This document shows positions 18,762 to 28,079 of a DNA stretch of 64,000 nt, one piece after another. Each line of letters begins with the position of its first letter. The first letter of the stretch is position 1. Where the stretch lies: the NCBI GenBank assembly GCA_041665485.1, contig JBAYIT010000003.1, positions 67,146 to 131,145 on the forward strand, written 5' to 3'. The notes below the pieces were generated by a model, which had not been told where the DNA came from, made no database searches, and worked only from the letters and a program-made list of their open reading frames with translations. Source of the stretch: Candidatus Shapirobacteria bacterium. Lineage in GTDB: Bacteria > Patescibacteriota > Microgenomatia > UBA12405. Both the position numbers and the translations under genes were made by a program.

Positions 18762-18872
18762 ACGTTCAGAGCGTAGTGGACTGCTGTTAGCTTGTCCGTC
18801 CACTGACGGACTTGCCCGGCTCAGACGGGCCGATCGGGCATTATTCAAGATCCTAGGCTGTATTTTATCTTA
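18762..18872 (-). pseudogene. partial duplicate of tRNA-Gln 5' half plus upstream region, interrupted by two mini-palindromes
   Basis: ACGTTCAGAGCGTAGTGG identical to 18636-18653; GCCGATCGGGCATTA..TTCAAGATCCTAGGC.GTATTTTATCTTA repeated. Confidence 0.8.
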
Positions 18873-18894
18873 TTTCCTATCTTATTCAAAATTG

Positions 18895-18951
18895 CCCTTT
18901 TGCCGCGTCCGCCACCAGGAGGAAAGGGAAATGTCCCGAAGGGACAAAGGG
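18895..18951. repeat. palindromic repeat (CCCTTT...AAAGGG / TGTCCCGAAGGGACA)
   Basis: nested hairpins in intergenic DNA. Confidence 0.5.
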
Positions 18952-18974
18952 TTTCGAAATGTTACAATAACCCA

Positions 18975-19142
18975 ATGCAAACTTTAAAAGACCTCGCCAC
19001 CGAACTCAAATTAACCCCCCAAGCCACTGCCAAGCTTGAGCAATTTGTTAATCAATTAGTTATCGAACTGCTTCAATCAATTCAGGAAGACAACAATCGC
19101 AATTTCGACGAAACCGTTGCTAATCTAAAGAATCCAGCCTAG
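18975..19142 (+). CDS. small hypothetical protein
   Basis: 55 aa helical ORF, TACAAT 6 nt upstream of ATG 18975. Confidence 0.6.
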   Translation: MQTLKDLATELKLTPQATAKLEQFVNQLVIELLQSIQEDNNRNFDETVANLKNPA

Positions 19143-19679
19143 TTCAAACCCCTCCTCATGTCCCGGTAAAACCAGTGTTTCTTTCGGTAATTTTGGCAAA
19201 TCTGTAGTTGGTATGTCTCCACAAAACAGCCAGCCAGCTGATTTGCTATAAAAGCACACACTCCCGGGAGTATGGCCGGGGCAGGGGATAATCTCAATTA
19301 TCTCTTTGTCCAGATTCAAATGCTTTAATTTACCCAAATCTACGTCAATTTTACTAAAATCCGGCACCGCCACTTTTCTTTTTAGAAAATAATTAGCCGT
19401 CCGATTTTGTCTTTTAAGCAAATATAAGTCAGCCTCATGGCAATAAAACGGCGCATTAAAAATTAATTTCAAATCTAATCCTCCCAATAAATGATCAAAA
19501 TGGCCATGAGTTGCCAAAATGCCTGTTAATTTAATCTTTTTTTGGTCTATCTCTTGAGCAATTTCCACCCCACTATCGGCCGGATCTATTACTACCCCCT
19601 CCTTGGTTTCGCTATCCCACAGCAGGTAACAATTAGTTCCTAGATCACCAACGATAAATTTTTCGTATAATAGAGTCAT
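19125..19679 (-). CDS. MBL-fold metallo-hydrolase (glyoxalase II-like)
   Basis: TNCYL, IDP, THGHFDH, PGHTPGS, CGD, PGH; start moved to 19679. Confidence 0.9.
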   Translation of the reverse strand: MTLLYEKFIVGDLGTNCYLLWDSETKEGVVIDPADSGVEIAQEIDQKKIKLTGILATHGHFDHLLGGLDLKLIFNAPFYCHEADLYLLKRQNRTANYFLKRKVAVPDFSKIDVDLGKLKHLNLDKEIIEIIPCPGHTPGSVCFYSKSAGWLFCGDIPTTDLPKLPKETLVLPGHEEGFELGWIL

Positions 19680-20319
19680 GAAATTATCACATCTTACCAC
19701 CCCCGCCCTAGTCCTCGCCTCTGCCCTGCTCTTATCTGCCTGTAATTCTTCAGTCCTCCCCCAGAAGAAAATTACTTTCAGCGACGACACTGCCCCTGAA
19801 GCCGAAACCAACACTCCCTACGTTGATAAGTTTGCCACCACTCCCATTGTTATTTCTAAAACCTACAAACTAAACCAAGAGTTTAAAGTTGCCTACAAAA
19901 CATTTAATCCAGATGGTCAGGGAATCGCCGAGTTTAAAGGAAGGTCGATGAAAGAGGTCGCCAATGTTGATTCCCGTCTACCCGAAGATGGCAAAAAACT
20001 AGTTTTAGTTGAAATCGGCGTCAAGGGTAAGGCCGACAATAAAGGCAGTCCTTCTACTTTCAACCAAGTGGGGGACACCCCTTCCCCCCAGTTTGTTTTA
20101 ATCGATAAATCTAAAAATCTCTCCAATGCCGAGGAGACTTACTATTCCGACGCCTACACTGTCAGCAAAAAATTATTTGAATTAAGCAAAATCACTCTCG
20201 ATCACGAGCAGTGGGTCAACACCGCTCTTGTTTTCCAAATCGATAAAAATCAGGCCCCCGATCTGGCTTTCCGTTTTATTAATCCCGAGGGTAAAACCGA
20301 GTTTTATGATGTCGAATAA
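19678..20319 (+). CDS. lipoprotein (DUF4352-like Ig fold possible)
   Basis: lipobox LLSAC; beta-rich mature part. Confidence 0.75.
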   Translation: MKLSHLTTPALVLASALLLSACNSSVLPQKKITFSDDTAPEAETNTPYVDKFATTPIVISKTYKLNQEFKVAYKTFNPDGQGIAEFKGRSMKEVANVDSRLPEDGKKLVLVEIGVKGKADNKGSPSTFNQVGDTPSPQFVLIDKSKNLSNAEETYYSDAYTVSKKLFELSKITLDHEQWVNTALVFQIDKNQAPDLAFRFINPEGKTEFYDVE

Positions 20320-20779
20320 GCGCCTATTTGTCGGTAGTCTTCCTTATCGCTTTACTGAAGGCCAACTTTTGGATCTTTTTGTTCCCTATGGCCGGATTGT
20401 TGCCATTAGAATTATGCACAATCGTTGGGGCAAAAGTCGTGGGCTAGGCTTTGTTGAATTTGACAACCTTGAATCGGCCATCAGGGCTAAAGAAGAGCTA
20501 CACAATTATCAAATCGAAGATTTAAAAATCATCGTCGACTATTCCAAACCTGACCCTCTCAACACCCCCGAAGGTCAGGAGCGCCACCAACAAGCCCTTC
20601 TCCGTCATCCTCCCAAACCACCCAAAAATACCTCAAAGAATTCTTCTGTGAAAGTTGTCGAACCGCCAAAAAGGTTTTTTAATCACGATCAACCTCATCT
20701 TCGCCAAAGTGTTTTCAAATCCCGTTTTCATGGTTCTCACGTCGGCCGCAAATTCTCCAGCCGCACTAAGAAAAAATGA
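20306..20779 (+). CDS. RRM RNA-binding protein with basic tail
   Basis: RNP2 LFVGSL, RNP1 RGLGFVEF. Confidence 0.9.
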   Translation: MMSNKRLFVGSLPYRFTEGQLLDLFVPYGRIVAIRIMHNRWGKSRGLGFVEFDNLESAIRAKEELHNYQIEDLKIIVDYSKPDPLNTPEGQERHQQALLRHPPKPPKNTSKNSSVKVVEPPKRFFNHDQPHLRQSVFKSRFHGSHVGRKFSSRTKKK

Positions 20780-20790
20780 AATCAGTAAAA

Positions 20791-20892
20791 CGTCATTGCG
20801 AGGACCCCGATAGCTATCGGGGGACGAAGCAATCCCAAAGAGATCGCCACGGCCTCCGGCCTTCCGTCTGAGCCGGACACGGCGCGATGACG
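20791..20892. repeat. full-length REP/RPE-like palindromic element carrying nested mini-palindromes
   Basis: CGTCATTGCG...GAAGCAATC..GAGATCGCCAC...CGCGATGACG, with CCCCGATAGCTATCGGGG and CCGTCTGAGCCGG inside. Confidence 0.8.
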
Positions 20893-20924
20893 TATTTTGG
20901 TTTTTAAAATTTGATATTTAAAAA

Positions 20925-21980
20925 TTGATTAAAAATTTAAAATTTCAAATTAAAAATTATATTGTCGGATTATCTCCCATGGACGGTGTCACCGACGAAC
21001 CCTTTCGTCTCACCCAGTGCCACATCGCTAAGCCCGACCTGATTTTCACTGAATTCGTTAGTGCTGAAGGCATTTCTCGCGGTGGGGTTAAGCTCTACGA
21101 CCAATTGCTCTATTCAGATTCCGAACGCCCAATTATTGGCCAACTTTTTGGCAAAGACCCCGATAGTTTTTACAAAGCCGGAGTTATTCTCTGCCATCTT
21201 GGCTTTGATGGTATCGATATCAACATGGGTTGTCCTGCCAAAACCGTCACTCATCATGGCTCCGGCGCTGCCCTCATCGGTCAGCCCGAGCTGGCCTCGG
21301 CCATTATTAAAGCCGTCAAATCAGCCGTTTCCGACTTTTCTAAGGGCAAAGTTACTATCAACGACCTAAAACTCAACCAAAAAACAATTGAAGTTATAAA
21401 TAGAAATTTAAAATATTCCGATTACCGGTTACAGATTACTGGTTACCAATTACCAAGCGTCAGCGTCAAAACCCGTCTCGGTCTTGATACCCCCGTTATC
21501 GACACTTGGCTGCCCTTTTTACTCGAGCACCAACTAGATTTTCTCACCCTTCATGGCCGGACTCTCAAACAAGGCTATTCTGGCGAAGCCAATTGGGATT
21601 TGATTGGCGAGGCTGGCAAACTTGCTAAAACATTTGCCACCCCTCTTTTTGGCAACGGTGATCTTCAAACCAAACAACAAGCTTTGGATTATTGTCAAAA
21701 ATATAACCTATCTGGTGCCTTAATTGGCCGTTCTGCTATGGGCAATCCTTGGGCCTTTTCTGATCTCATTCCTTCTTGGGAAGACCGTTTTTCTGCCATG
21801 GTTTTCCATGCCCATAAATTCCAAGAAGTTTTCCCCACTCGTCGTCTCGATTGCCTTCGCCACCATTTTCTTCTTTATGTTTCCGGCCATCCCTGCGCCA
21901 AATCCCTCCGTTCCCAAATCATTAAATTTAATCAAGTCTCCGACCTCTATTCCCTCGAATCCGACCTTCTTAGCTCTTAG
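20925..21980 (+). CDS. tRNA-dihydrouridine synthase (DusB/C-like)
   Basis: LSPMDGVTD, TEFVS, QLFG, IDINMGCP, SVKTRLG, HGRT, GNGD, IGR. Confidence 0.93.
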   Translation: MIKNLKFQIKNYIVGLSPMDGVTDEPFRLTQCHIAKPDLIFTEFVSAEGISRGGVKLYDQLLYSDSERPIIGQLFGKDPDSFYKAGVILCHLGFDGIDINMGCPAKTVTHHGSGAALIGQPELASAIIKAVKSAVSDFSKGKVTINDLKLNQKTIEVINRNLKYSDYRLQITGYQLPSVSVKTRLGLDTPVIDTWLPFLLEHQLDFLTLHGRTLKQGYSGEANWDLIGEAGKLAKTFATPLFGNGDLQTKQQALDYCQKYNLSGALIGRSAMGNPWAFSDLIPSWEDRFSAMVFHAHKFQEVFPTRRLDCLRHHFLLYVSGHPCAKSLRSQIIKFNQVSDLYSLESDLLSS

Positions 21981-22019
21981 TTCTTGCTTCTTATCTCTTA
22001 CTTCTCTATAGTAAATTCC

Positions 22020-22421
22020 ATGTCCGATAACCAAAACGCCCAAACAATCTTAAGTCTCGAATCTTTAATCAATAGTTTCGACTCCCGTCTTGAGTCTCTT
22101 ACCAAGGAAGCCAGAACTCACAAGGAAATGCTCCAGTCTCTTCTTGATGGCAATGCCGAATACGTTACTGCCAATGATGCCTCCACCAAAGCCTCCAAAC
22201 TAACCCAAATTGCCAAGCAAAAAGCCCTCAAAGTTCCCGAAGCTGTTACTCTCATCGACAAAATCAAAGACTACCAATCACAAATTAAAGAAGTCAAAGT
22301 TGGCCTCTCTGATTATTTATCCCAATACGTTACCCTTTCTGGCACCACCCAAATCGATTCCCCCGACGGCACCACCAAGCAAATCGTCTACTCCGCCAAG
22401 TTGGTTAAGAAGAAGGGTTAA
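22020..22421 (+). CDS. hypothetical coiled-coil protein
   Basis: 133 aa helical ORF with host codon style. Confidence 0.65.
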   Translation: MSDNQNAQTILSLESLINSFDSRLESLTKEARTHKEMLQSLLDGNAEYVTANDASTKASKLTQIAKQKALKVPEAVTLIDKIKDYQSQIKEVKVGLSDYLSQYVTLSGTTQIDSPDGTTKQIVYSAKLVKKKG

Positions 22422-23517
22422 CCTTGTCCTCAATCGATTCAAAAATGTACCCCTTATCTTTAATCGTCTTTATTTGATATTTGCCCTTAATCTTATTTTT
22501 CAGTCTCGAAATAGTTTTATAAACTGACCACAGTGAAAAGTCGTCTTCAGCAACGCCCATTAAAAACGCTATTTTATCCTTACTAATGATTTTGCCCTTT
22601 GATTTAACCAGGTAGCTTAATATTGTTTTCTCCCTCTCGCTCAAATCGGGCATTAATTCATCTACATTCTCCGCCTCATATATTTTCAAATAGTATTCCA
22701 ACAGTTTTGCAAATATTTTGTTTTCTCCACTCACCATTCCAATTTTTTCCAATTGGTCAAAAGGAACGTCGATCACTGCCTCTACTAACTCGTTGAGTTT
22801 TATTCTAATCGACGGAAAATTAGACAAAATGTCAAGTTTATCTAAAACTTCCAATCCTAACTCGTCCACACATCGGCCAATATGTTTTACTAGTCCCGGG
22901 TGCCCTCCCGAGAGCTCATAAACTTTTTCGGCCATCGATAAGGGGTAATTGTAGCCATAGTAGTCTTTGTTTATTACTAAAATTCTTTTTGTCCCCTCAA
23001 GGTCAAAAGGAGGAATATACAACAATGTTGAAAATATGGATTTGCCGTGTTTGTAATACACCTCTGGCTGGTAAATTATCGGGTAGTCAGCACTACTTAA
23101 TACCGTCAAGTTGGTTGAGGAAAGGTATCTTAGATGGTAAACAAGCTCAATTGTTTCTTTCTGATCTTTGCCTAAAAAATCTATATGTCTTAAAATCAAA
23201 ATTATTTTTTTGTTTTTAATTTTTTCGGCGAAATCCACAAAGAAATCTCGACTCGGGTCAAGCTCCAGTGTTTTGCTAACCGATGTCTTGATTACTTCGT
23301 AACTATTTTTTGGGTAGGCAAAACACTCAAAAAAGAGAATATTGCTTTTACTGATGTATTTTTCCAACGAGTTCTGAATTGTCTGTAGAAAATATCTCGT
23401 TCCACACCCCGGCATGCCATAAATACAAATGCATTCTCCTTTCAGGAGGGTATTTACCGCCTTTTCGGCTTTATCGCCAAAGTGGCCGGTGGGTAGTTGA
23501 TTAATGATATTTTCCAT
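22405..23517 (-). CDS. degenerate AAA/STAND-like ATPase fused to C-terminal winged-HTH (OmpR-type) regulator
   Basis: GMPGCGTR, SGGHPGL; LSERE..IL..L....GKIISKD...ISRLKNKI....IKTIKDKGY. Confidence 0.75.
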   Translation of the reverse strand: MENIINQLPTGHFGDKAEKAVNTLLKGECICIYGMPGCGTRYFLQTIQNSLEKYISKSNILFFECFAYPKNSYEVIKTSVSKTLELDPSRDFFVDFAEKIKNKKIILILRHIDFLGKDQKETIELVYHLRYLSSTNLTVLSSADYPIIYQPEVYYKHGKSIFSTLLYIPPFDLEGTKRILVINKDYYGYNYPLSMAEKVYELSGGHPGLVKHIGRCVDELGLEVLDKLDILSNFPSIRIKLNELVEAVIDVPFDQLEKIGMVSGENKIFAKLLEYYLKIYEAENVDELMPDLSEREKTILSYLVKSKGKIISKDKIAFLMGVAEDDFSLWSVYKTISRLKNKIKGKYQIKTIKDKGYIFESIEDKVNPSS

Positions 23518-23636
23518 TTTTATTCAAGTCCAATACCTGTCCAAAATAGCAGATATTGAATGTCAACAATGTCCCTAAAGTTCGGATTATAATCGAGAGT
23601 AATTATTACATAATTCTGTCCAAAAGTAAAGAAAAC

Positions 23637-24047
23637 ATGCCAAACATCCTCTTAATTTCCCGTTGTTTCATTGAAAAAGCCGGCCAAGTTCTTTTACTGC
23701 ATCGTAGTTCCAAAAGAAAATACAACCCCAATCTTTGGGAGCTTCCCGGAGGCAAGGTTGAGGCTGGGCAAGACATTAATAATGCCACCGAAAGAGAAAT
23801 CCTTGAAGAAACTGGGTTGCTTATAAAAATCATTAGCCCGGTTGCTTTTTCCGAATCCAAAGTTGTCGATCATGGTAAATATAAAGGCATGATTTATCTT
23901 GAGCTCGTCAATCGGGCTATTATCGTTGCCGGTAAAATCAGTTTAGGTGACGATCACGTTGGCTTTGCCTGGGCCAAAAAGAAAGATATTTTTAATTATG
24001 ATTTAAGCCAAGAATCGCGCAAATCCCTCACCTTTTTCCTAAGTTAA
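23637..24047 (+). CDS. NUDIX hydrolase
   Basis: WELPGGKVEAGQ...ATEREILEETGL. Confidence 0.92.
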   Translation: MPNILLISRCFIEKAGQVLLLHRSSKRKYNPNLWELPGGKVEAGQDINNATEREILEETGLLIKIISPVAFSESKVVDHGKYKGMIYLELVNRAIIVAGKISLGDDHVGFAWAKKKDIFNYDLSQESRKSLTFFLS

Positions 24048-24077
24048 CCGCACAAATTATCTACTCCGCCAAACTAG

Positions 24078-24389
24078 TTAAGAAGAAAGGATAGTCAAGG
24101 GAGGTGTTAATCCTCTCACTTCTACTTCTACCATTCCTTGAGTCGGACACAAGTCGTCTCCCAAGAAAAATCCTGGATTAACTTTCCCTTCCGGTAGTAT
24201 CATTCTGTGTATTTCTCCTTGTACTGGTCTAATCCATTCCAACCCTTCAATATTTGCCACCTGATATCCAGGCACATCTTGCTTTCGGAAACTTAGTCTT
24301 CTGCCAACAACAAAACCAATCACTACTTCCGTTGGTGGTGTCGCAAAGGAAATTGTGTCTCCACTTGTAAAAACTAATCTATCACCCAT
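24078..24389 (-). CDS. hypothetical protein
   Basis: 103 aa ORF, no motif. Confidence 0.5.
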   Translation of the reverse strand: MGDRLVFTSGDTISFATPPTEVVIGFVVGRRLSFRKQDVPGYQVANIEGLEWIRPVQGEIHRMILPEGKVNPGFFLGDDLCPTQGMVEVEVRGLTPPLTILSS

Positions 24390-24406
24390 GCTCTGTTTAT
24401 ATCAAA

Positions 24407-24505
24407 CTACCTCTTTTTTGTCAGCCAGTAGATGATTCCGCCCACAATCCCGGCAAACATTGTCACAATTATTCCCAAAAGTATTGTCGTCGTCCCTTCT
24501 TGCAT
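24407..24505 (-). CDS. 32-aa single-TM small protein (not in ORF track)
   Basis: MQEGTTTILLGIIVTMFAGIVGGIIYWLTKKR*; TATAAT 6 nt upstream. Confidence 0.65.
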   Translation of the reverse strand: MQEGTTTILLGIIVTMFAGIVGGIIYWLTKKR

Positions 24506-24589
24506 AAAATAATTATAGTTTAAAAATTAGAAATTTTAAATTGAATAAAAATTTCAAATTAAAAATTAAAAATTAGATATAATGGTCCA

Positions 24590-25546
24590 ATGTTAATCGA
24601 CGAATCCCGCATCACTGTCAAAGCCGGCAACGGCGGTAAAGGCCTGGTTCACTTCTTTACCGACAAATCCCGCCCCAAAGGTGGCCCCGACGGTGGTAAT
24701 GGTGGCGCTGGTGGTAATCTCTACTTTAAGGCCGTCAGCGACATTAGCCGTCTTCATCAGTTTCGTCATAAGCGCATTTTCCAGGCTCCCAATGGCGACC
24801 CGGGTGGCCCCAATCAGCGCACCGGCCACGATGGCGCCGATCTTACCCTGGAAATTCCTATTGGCACCATTGTTCATTACGACAATGGCTCAATTATTGA
24901 ATTTACCAAGGTCGGTCAAACCGAAATTATTGTCAAAGGTGGTAAAGGCGGTCGGGGCAACTATCATTTCAGAAGCTCCACCAACCAAACCCCCCAAGAG
25001 TCCGAGCCGGGAATTAAGCCACTTCCCAGAAACCTTTTTATTGAATTAAAGTTAATCGCCAATGTTGGCCTAATTGGCCTGCCTAATGCCGGTAAAACTA
25101 GTCTTTTAAACGAGCTGACTTCCGCCAACGCCAAAGTCGCCAACTACCCCTTCACCACCCTCGAGCCCAATCTTGGCGTCACTAAAGGCGGTAAAGTTAT
25201 CGCCGATATCCCGGGCCTGATTGAAGGCGCCACTACCGGTCACGGTCTTGGATCAAAGTTTCTTAAGCACATCGAACGCACCAATCTCTTGGTCCACTGC
25301 CTTTCCCTTGAGTCTCAAAATCTTTCCGTCGACTACCAAACCATTCGCCATGAGTTAGAAAGTTACAGCACTGCTTTAGCCAAAAAGCCAGAAATTATTA
25401 TCCTAACCAAGTCTGATTTAGTCGACCCCAAAGATATCAAAAGTCTCTTAAAATCCACTAAAGCCGTTTTGGCTGTCTCCATTGCCGACGATCAAAGTAT
25501 TAAAGCTCTAAACGACCTAATTGCTCTCAAACTAGACTCTTTTTAA
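24590..25546 (+). CDS. obgE: GTPase ObgE/CgtA
   Basis: GGPDGGNGG, GLPNAGKT, NYPFTT, DIPGLIEGA. Confidence 0.96.
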   Translation: MLIDESRITVKAGNGGKGLVHFFTDKSRPKGGPDGGNGGAGGNLYFKAVSDISRLHQFRHKRIFQAPNGDPGGPNQRTGHDGADLTLEIPIGTIVHYDNGSIIEFTKVGQTEIIVKGGKGGRGNYHFRSSTNQTPQESEPGIKPLPRNLFIELKLIANVGLIGLPNAGKTSLLNELTSANAKVANYPFTTLEPNLGVTKGGKVIADIPGLIEGATTGHGLGSKFLKHIERTNLLVHCLSLESQNLSVDYQTIRHELESYSTALAKKPEIIILTKSDLVDPKDIKSLLKSTKAVLAVSIADDQSIKALNDLIALKLDSF

Positions 25547-25922
25547 TTTTTAGCCAATCTTTTTTTAAGTAACTAGCCATTTTGATCATTCCGGCCCGCC
25601 CGCTTTTAATGTCTTTGCTAAAACCTGTCAGCACTTCGTCCACCGTCTTGCCGTACTTTTCTTTGTCAATTTTCTCTCCGGCCAATTTCAATTTAGCCAC
25701 TTTAGCTGCCACTGTTGCCTTAATATCCTCATATTTATCCGCCAACTCAACTCTTTTTTTAGTTTCTGTTGCTCCGGTTTTGATCGCCCTAGAAACATCC
25801 TTGGCCAATTTCGCCACCTCACTCCTCGCCTGCTTACCAGTTTTTGGTGCTAACAACAAACCGCCCACCAATCCTGCCACCACTCCAAATAAACTTGCCA
25901 TCACAAAATTATTTTTTGCCAT
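25527..25922 (-). CDS. YtxH-domain protein
   Basis: GLLLAPKTGKQAR. Confidence 0.8.
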   Translation of the reverse strand: MAKNNFVMASLFGVVAGLVGGLLLAPKTGKQARSEVAKLAKDVSRAIKTGATETKKRVELADKYEDIKATVAAKVAKLKLAGEKIDKEKYGKTVDEVLTGFSKDIKSGRAGMIKMASYLKKDWLKIKKSLV

Positions 25923-25930
25923 AAATCATT

Positions 25931-26671
25931 CTAGTTTAATATTTTTTTGCTGTCAATCTCAAAGTAATTTTTGCCATCAATTGTTCCCCAGTTTGCTCCT
26001 ATAGTTAGGTTAATACTTTCTTTTTCTGTCGTTAGTTTAATTTCCGCCAATGTCTTAGACGGTTGTTTGTCTCCCAAATATTTAGTTGTTTTCAAGTAAG
26101 CCACCGCATTAATCAACCTTTCTTCTGGCCACTTACCCTCTTTGACTGTCAACACCCTTTCTCTGCCTTGTCTCTTTATTTTCACTTCAGTAATTTGGTA
26201 AATCGATAAATTTGTCAGCCACTTCTTTCGCCAATATTCTTCTTTTGCTACCTCGCTCTTATCAATTACAATGTCCGTCAGGTAAACCGGGCCATCTTCG
26301 TTGATTCGCACATAGGTTCCGCTATAATTATCATTAATTCTTCCCAATTCTATTTTTTCGTCACCGATTTTTAACCAAACCCGATTATCTTCCTCAAATC
26401 CTAGCTTTTTAAAATTTTGGCTATTTTCTGCCACCATCTCGCCGATTTCTAATTCTCGGATTTTTTTAAGCATATTTTCCACTAGTTCGTTATCCACTAG
26501 TTCATTTTTCATCAAACAGAGGTCATTAAAACAAAAATTCTCTATCTTTTCCCCAAAATATGGCGCACTATTTTCAATAGTTTTTTGTTGCTCTTGATAT
26601 TTAAGGCCAAGAAACACCGCCATTAAAAACACTAAAATAATTCCGCTAATTGCCGTTAAATTAATTTTCAT
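25931..26671 (-). CDS. DUF4340-like membrane-anchored protein
   Basis: N-terminal TM, GTYVR...VY motif, last gene of the GldAFG-like operon. Confidence 0.65.
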   Translation of the reverse strand: MKINLTAISGIILVFLMAVFLGLKYQEQQKTIENSAPYFGEKIENFCFNDLCLMKNELVDNELVENMLKKIRELEIGEMVAENSQNFKKLGFEEDNRVWLKIGDEKIELGRINDNYSGTYVRINEDGPVYLTDIVIDKSEVAKEEYWRKKWLTNLSIYQITEVKIKRQGRERVLTVKEGKWPEERLINAVAYLKTTKYLGDKQPSKTLAEIKLTTEKESINLTIGANWGTIDGKNYFEIDSKKILN

Positions 26672-28079
26672 GCTTTCGCCTGATAAAAACTATCAAGCCG
26701 ATAATCCCCAAAATCACTATCGGCCCGGCGATGTTTGCCACTCTAATTATAGTTTTCCTATTTTCCGGCACGTTCCCCAACGGGTAACTCTTAACTGTCT
26801 TGCTTCTGATTTGAATCAAACTTTCGTCGGCCCCCAAATAATCAACCAAATTAAGGGCCATCACTAAATTTTGTTGATTATTTTGTAGTATTTGATCTTT
26901 AAGCCAATCAGTGTCGCTAACTACTGCCACTCTCTTTTGATCAAGATTAATCGCTCCCACCACATATTGCTGTTTATTCCCGCCTGGCAACTTTTGTCCA
27001 ATTGGTGATAAATTATTCACCTCACTCTCCTCAAGTGAATTTTTACTCGTCTTAAGTATTGCCCTAGCTCCGGCTTCTATTTTAATCGGCGACACCCAAG
27101 CCAGCCCCACCGAGCTTATCGAAGACAGCGGTGGCAAGCTACGGTCGATATTCTCTCCTAAAATTTGTGGCCAAAACAAGTAATTAGTCATAAAGTTACC
27201 TCTTCCGCTTTGAAAGCTGGCAATACTGCTATTTTCGTCAAGAATCAATTTCGGCTCAATCGTCATCCCCACCAACTTCAATATCTCTTCTAGTCCGGTG
27301 TCAGGCGACCTAATCGCTTCCATATTTTGTGTCACTTCAAATCGGTCATCTAAAACCAACAGTCCCTTGCCCTCCTCCACCCATGTTTTTAATCTGTCTT
27401 TAGCCCCATCATCTAATTTACTAGTATTTCTTAAAATCACCCATGTTTTTATTTCGCTGTTAATTGGGGCAGTGCTTCCGATATCAATATCTTCCAATTG
27501 GTACATCTGTCCCAAAAATTTTCTAAATATTTTATACTGGCTCTGGCCGTCAGCCAAACTTTCGCTAATTGCCACTACTCTCTGCTTTTCTTGAGTTAGT
27601 TTTTTAATACTTGAAACCAAGAAATACTCCAAATTTCCCACATCTCCGGCCACTGGCAACACCTCTCGTTTGTCGCCGTAGCTCATCACCAGCCCCAAAT
27701 AGCCGTTACTTATTTCAAATTTATCCGACTTCAAAACATTAAATTGTAGTGGTTGAACCCCTGCTTTTTCCGCCTCCGTTTTAATTGCTTCATTTTTACT
27801 TGGGTCGTAATAATTAATTTTCAGTCGGCCGGGGTTGATCCTGGCTACTTCGTCCAAAATCGTCTTTAGATTATTGGCCACCGGTTTTATTTGTGGTGGC
27901 AAATCTTTTGTCACATATACCTTTATATTAATAATGTCGTCGAGTTTTTTAATCGTTTCTTCTGTTGTTTTTGAAAGCGAGTGAATCTTATCTTGGGTCA
28001 CGTCTAACTTAACTGTTGGCAACATCCCTAAAAGTAAATTAGCCACCACAATTATAAGAATTAAATTAATTCGGCTCAT
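26661..28079 (-). CDS. GldG-like ABC transporter auxiliary component
   Basis: LDVTQDKIHSLS..T, YYDP, NLVDYL, IRSK, terminal TM. Confidence 0.85.
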   Translation of the reverse strand: MSRINLILIIVVANLLLGMLPTVKLDVTQDKIHSLSKTTEETIKKLDDIINIKVYVTKDLPPQIKPVANNLKTILDEVARINPGRLKINYYDPSKNEAIKTEAEKAGVQPLQFNVLKSDKFEISNGYLGLVMSYGDKREVLPVAGDVGNLEYFLVSSIKKLTQEKQRVVAISESLADGQSQYKIFRKFLGQMYQLEDIDIGSTAPINSEIKTWVILRNTSKLDDGAKDRLKTWVEEGKGLLVLDDRFEVTQNMEAIRSPDTGLEEILKLVGMTIEPKLILDENSSIASFQSGRGNFMTNYLFWPQILGENIDRSLPPLSSISSVGLAWVSPIKIEAGARAILKTSKNSLEESEVNNLSPIGQKLPGGNKQQYVVGAINLDQKRVAVVSDTDWLKDQILQNNQQNLVMALNLVDYLGADESLIQIRSKTVKSYPLGNVPENRKTIIRVANIAGPIVILGIIGLIVFIRRKHEN

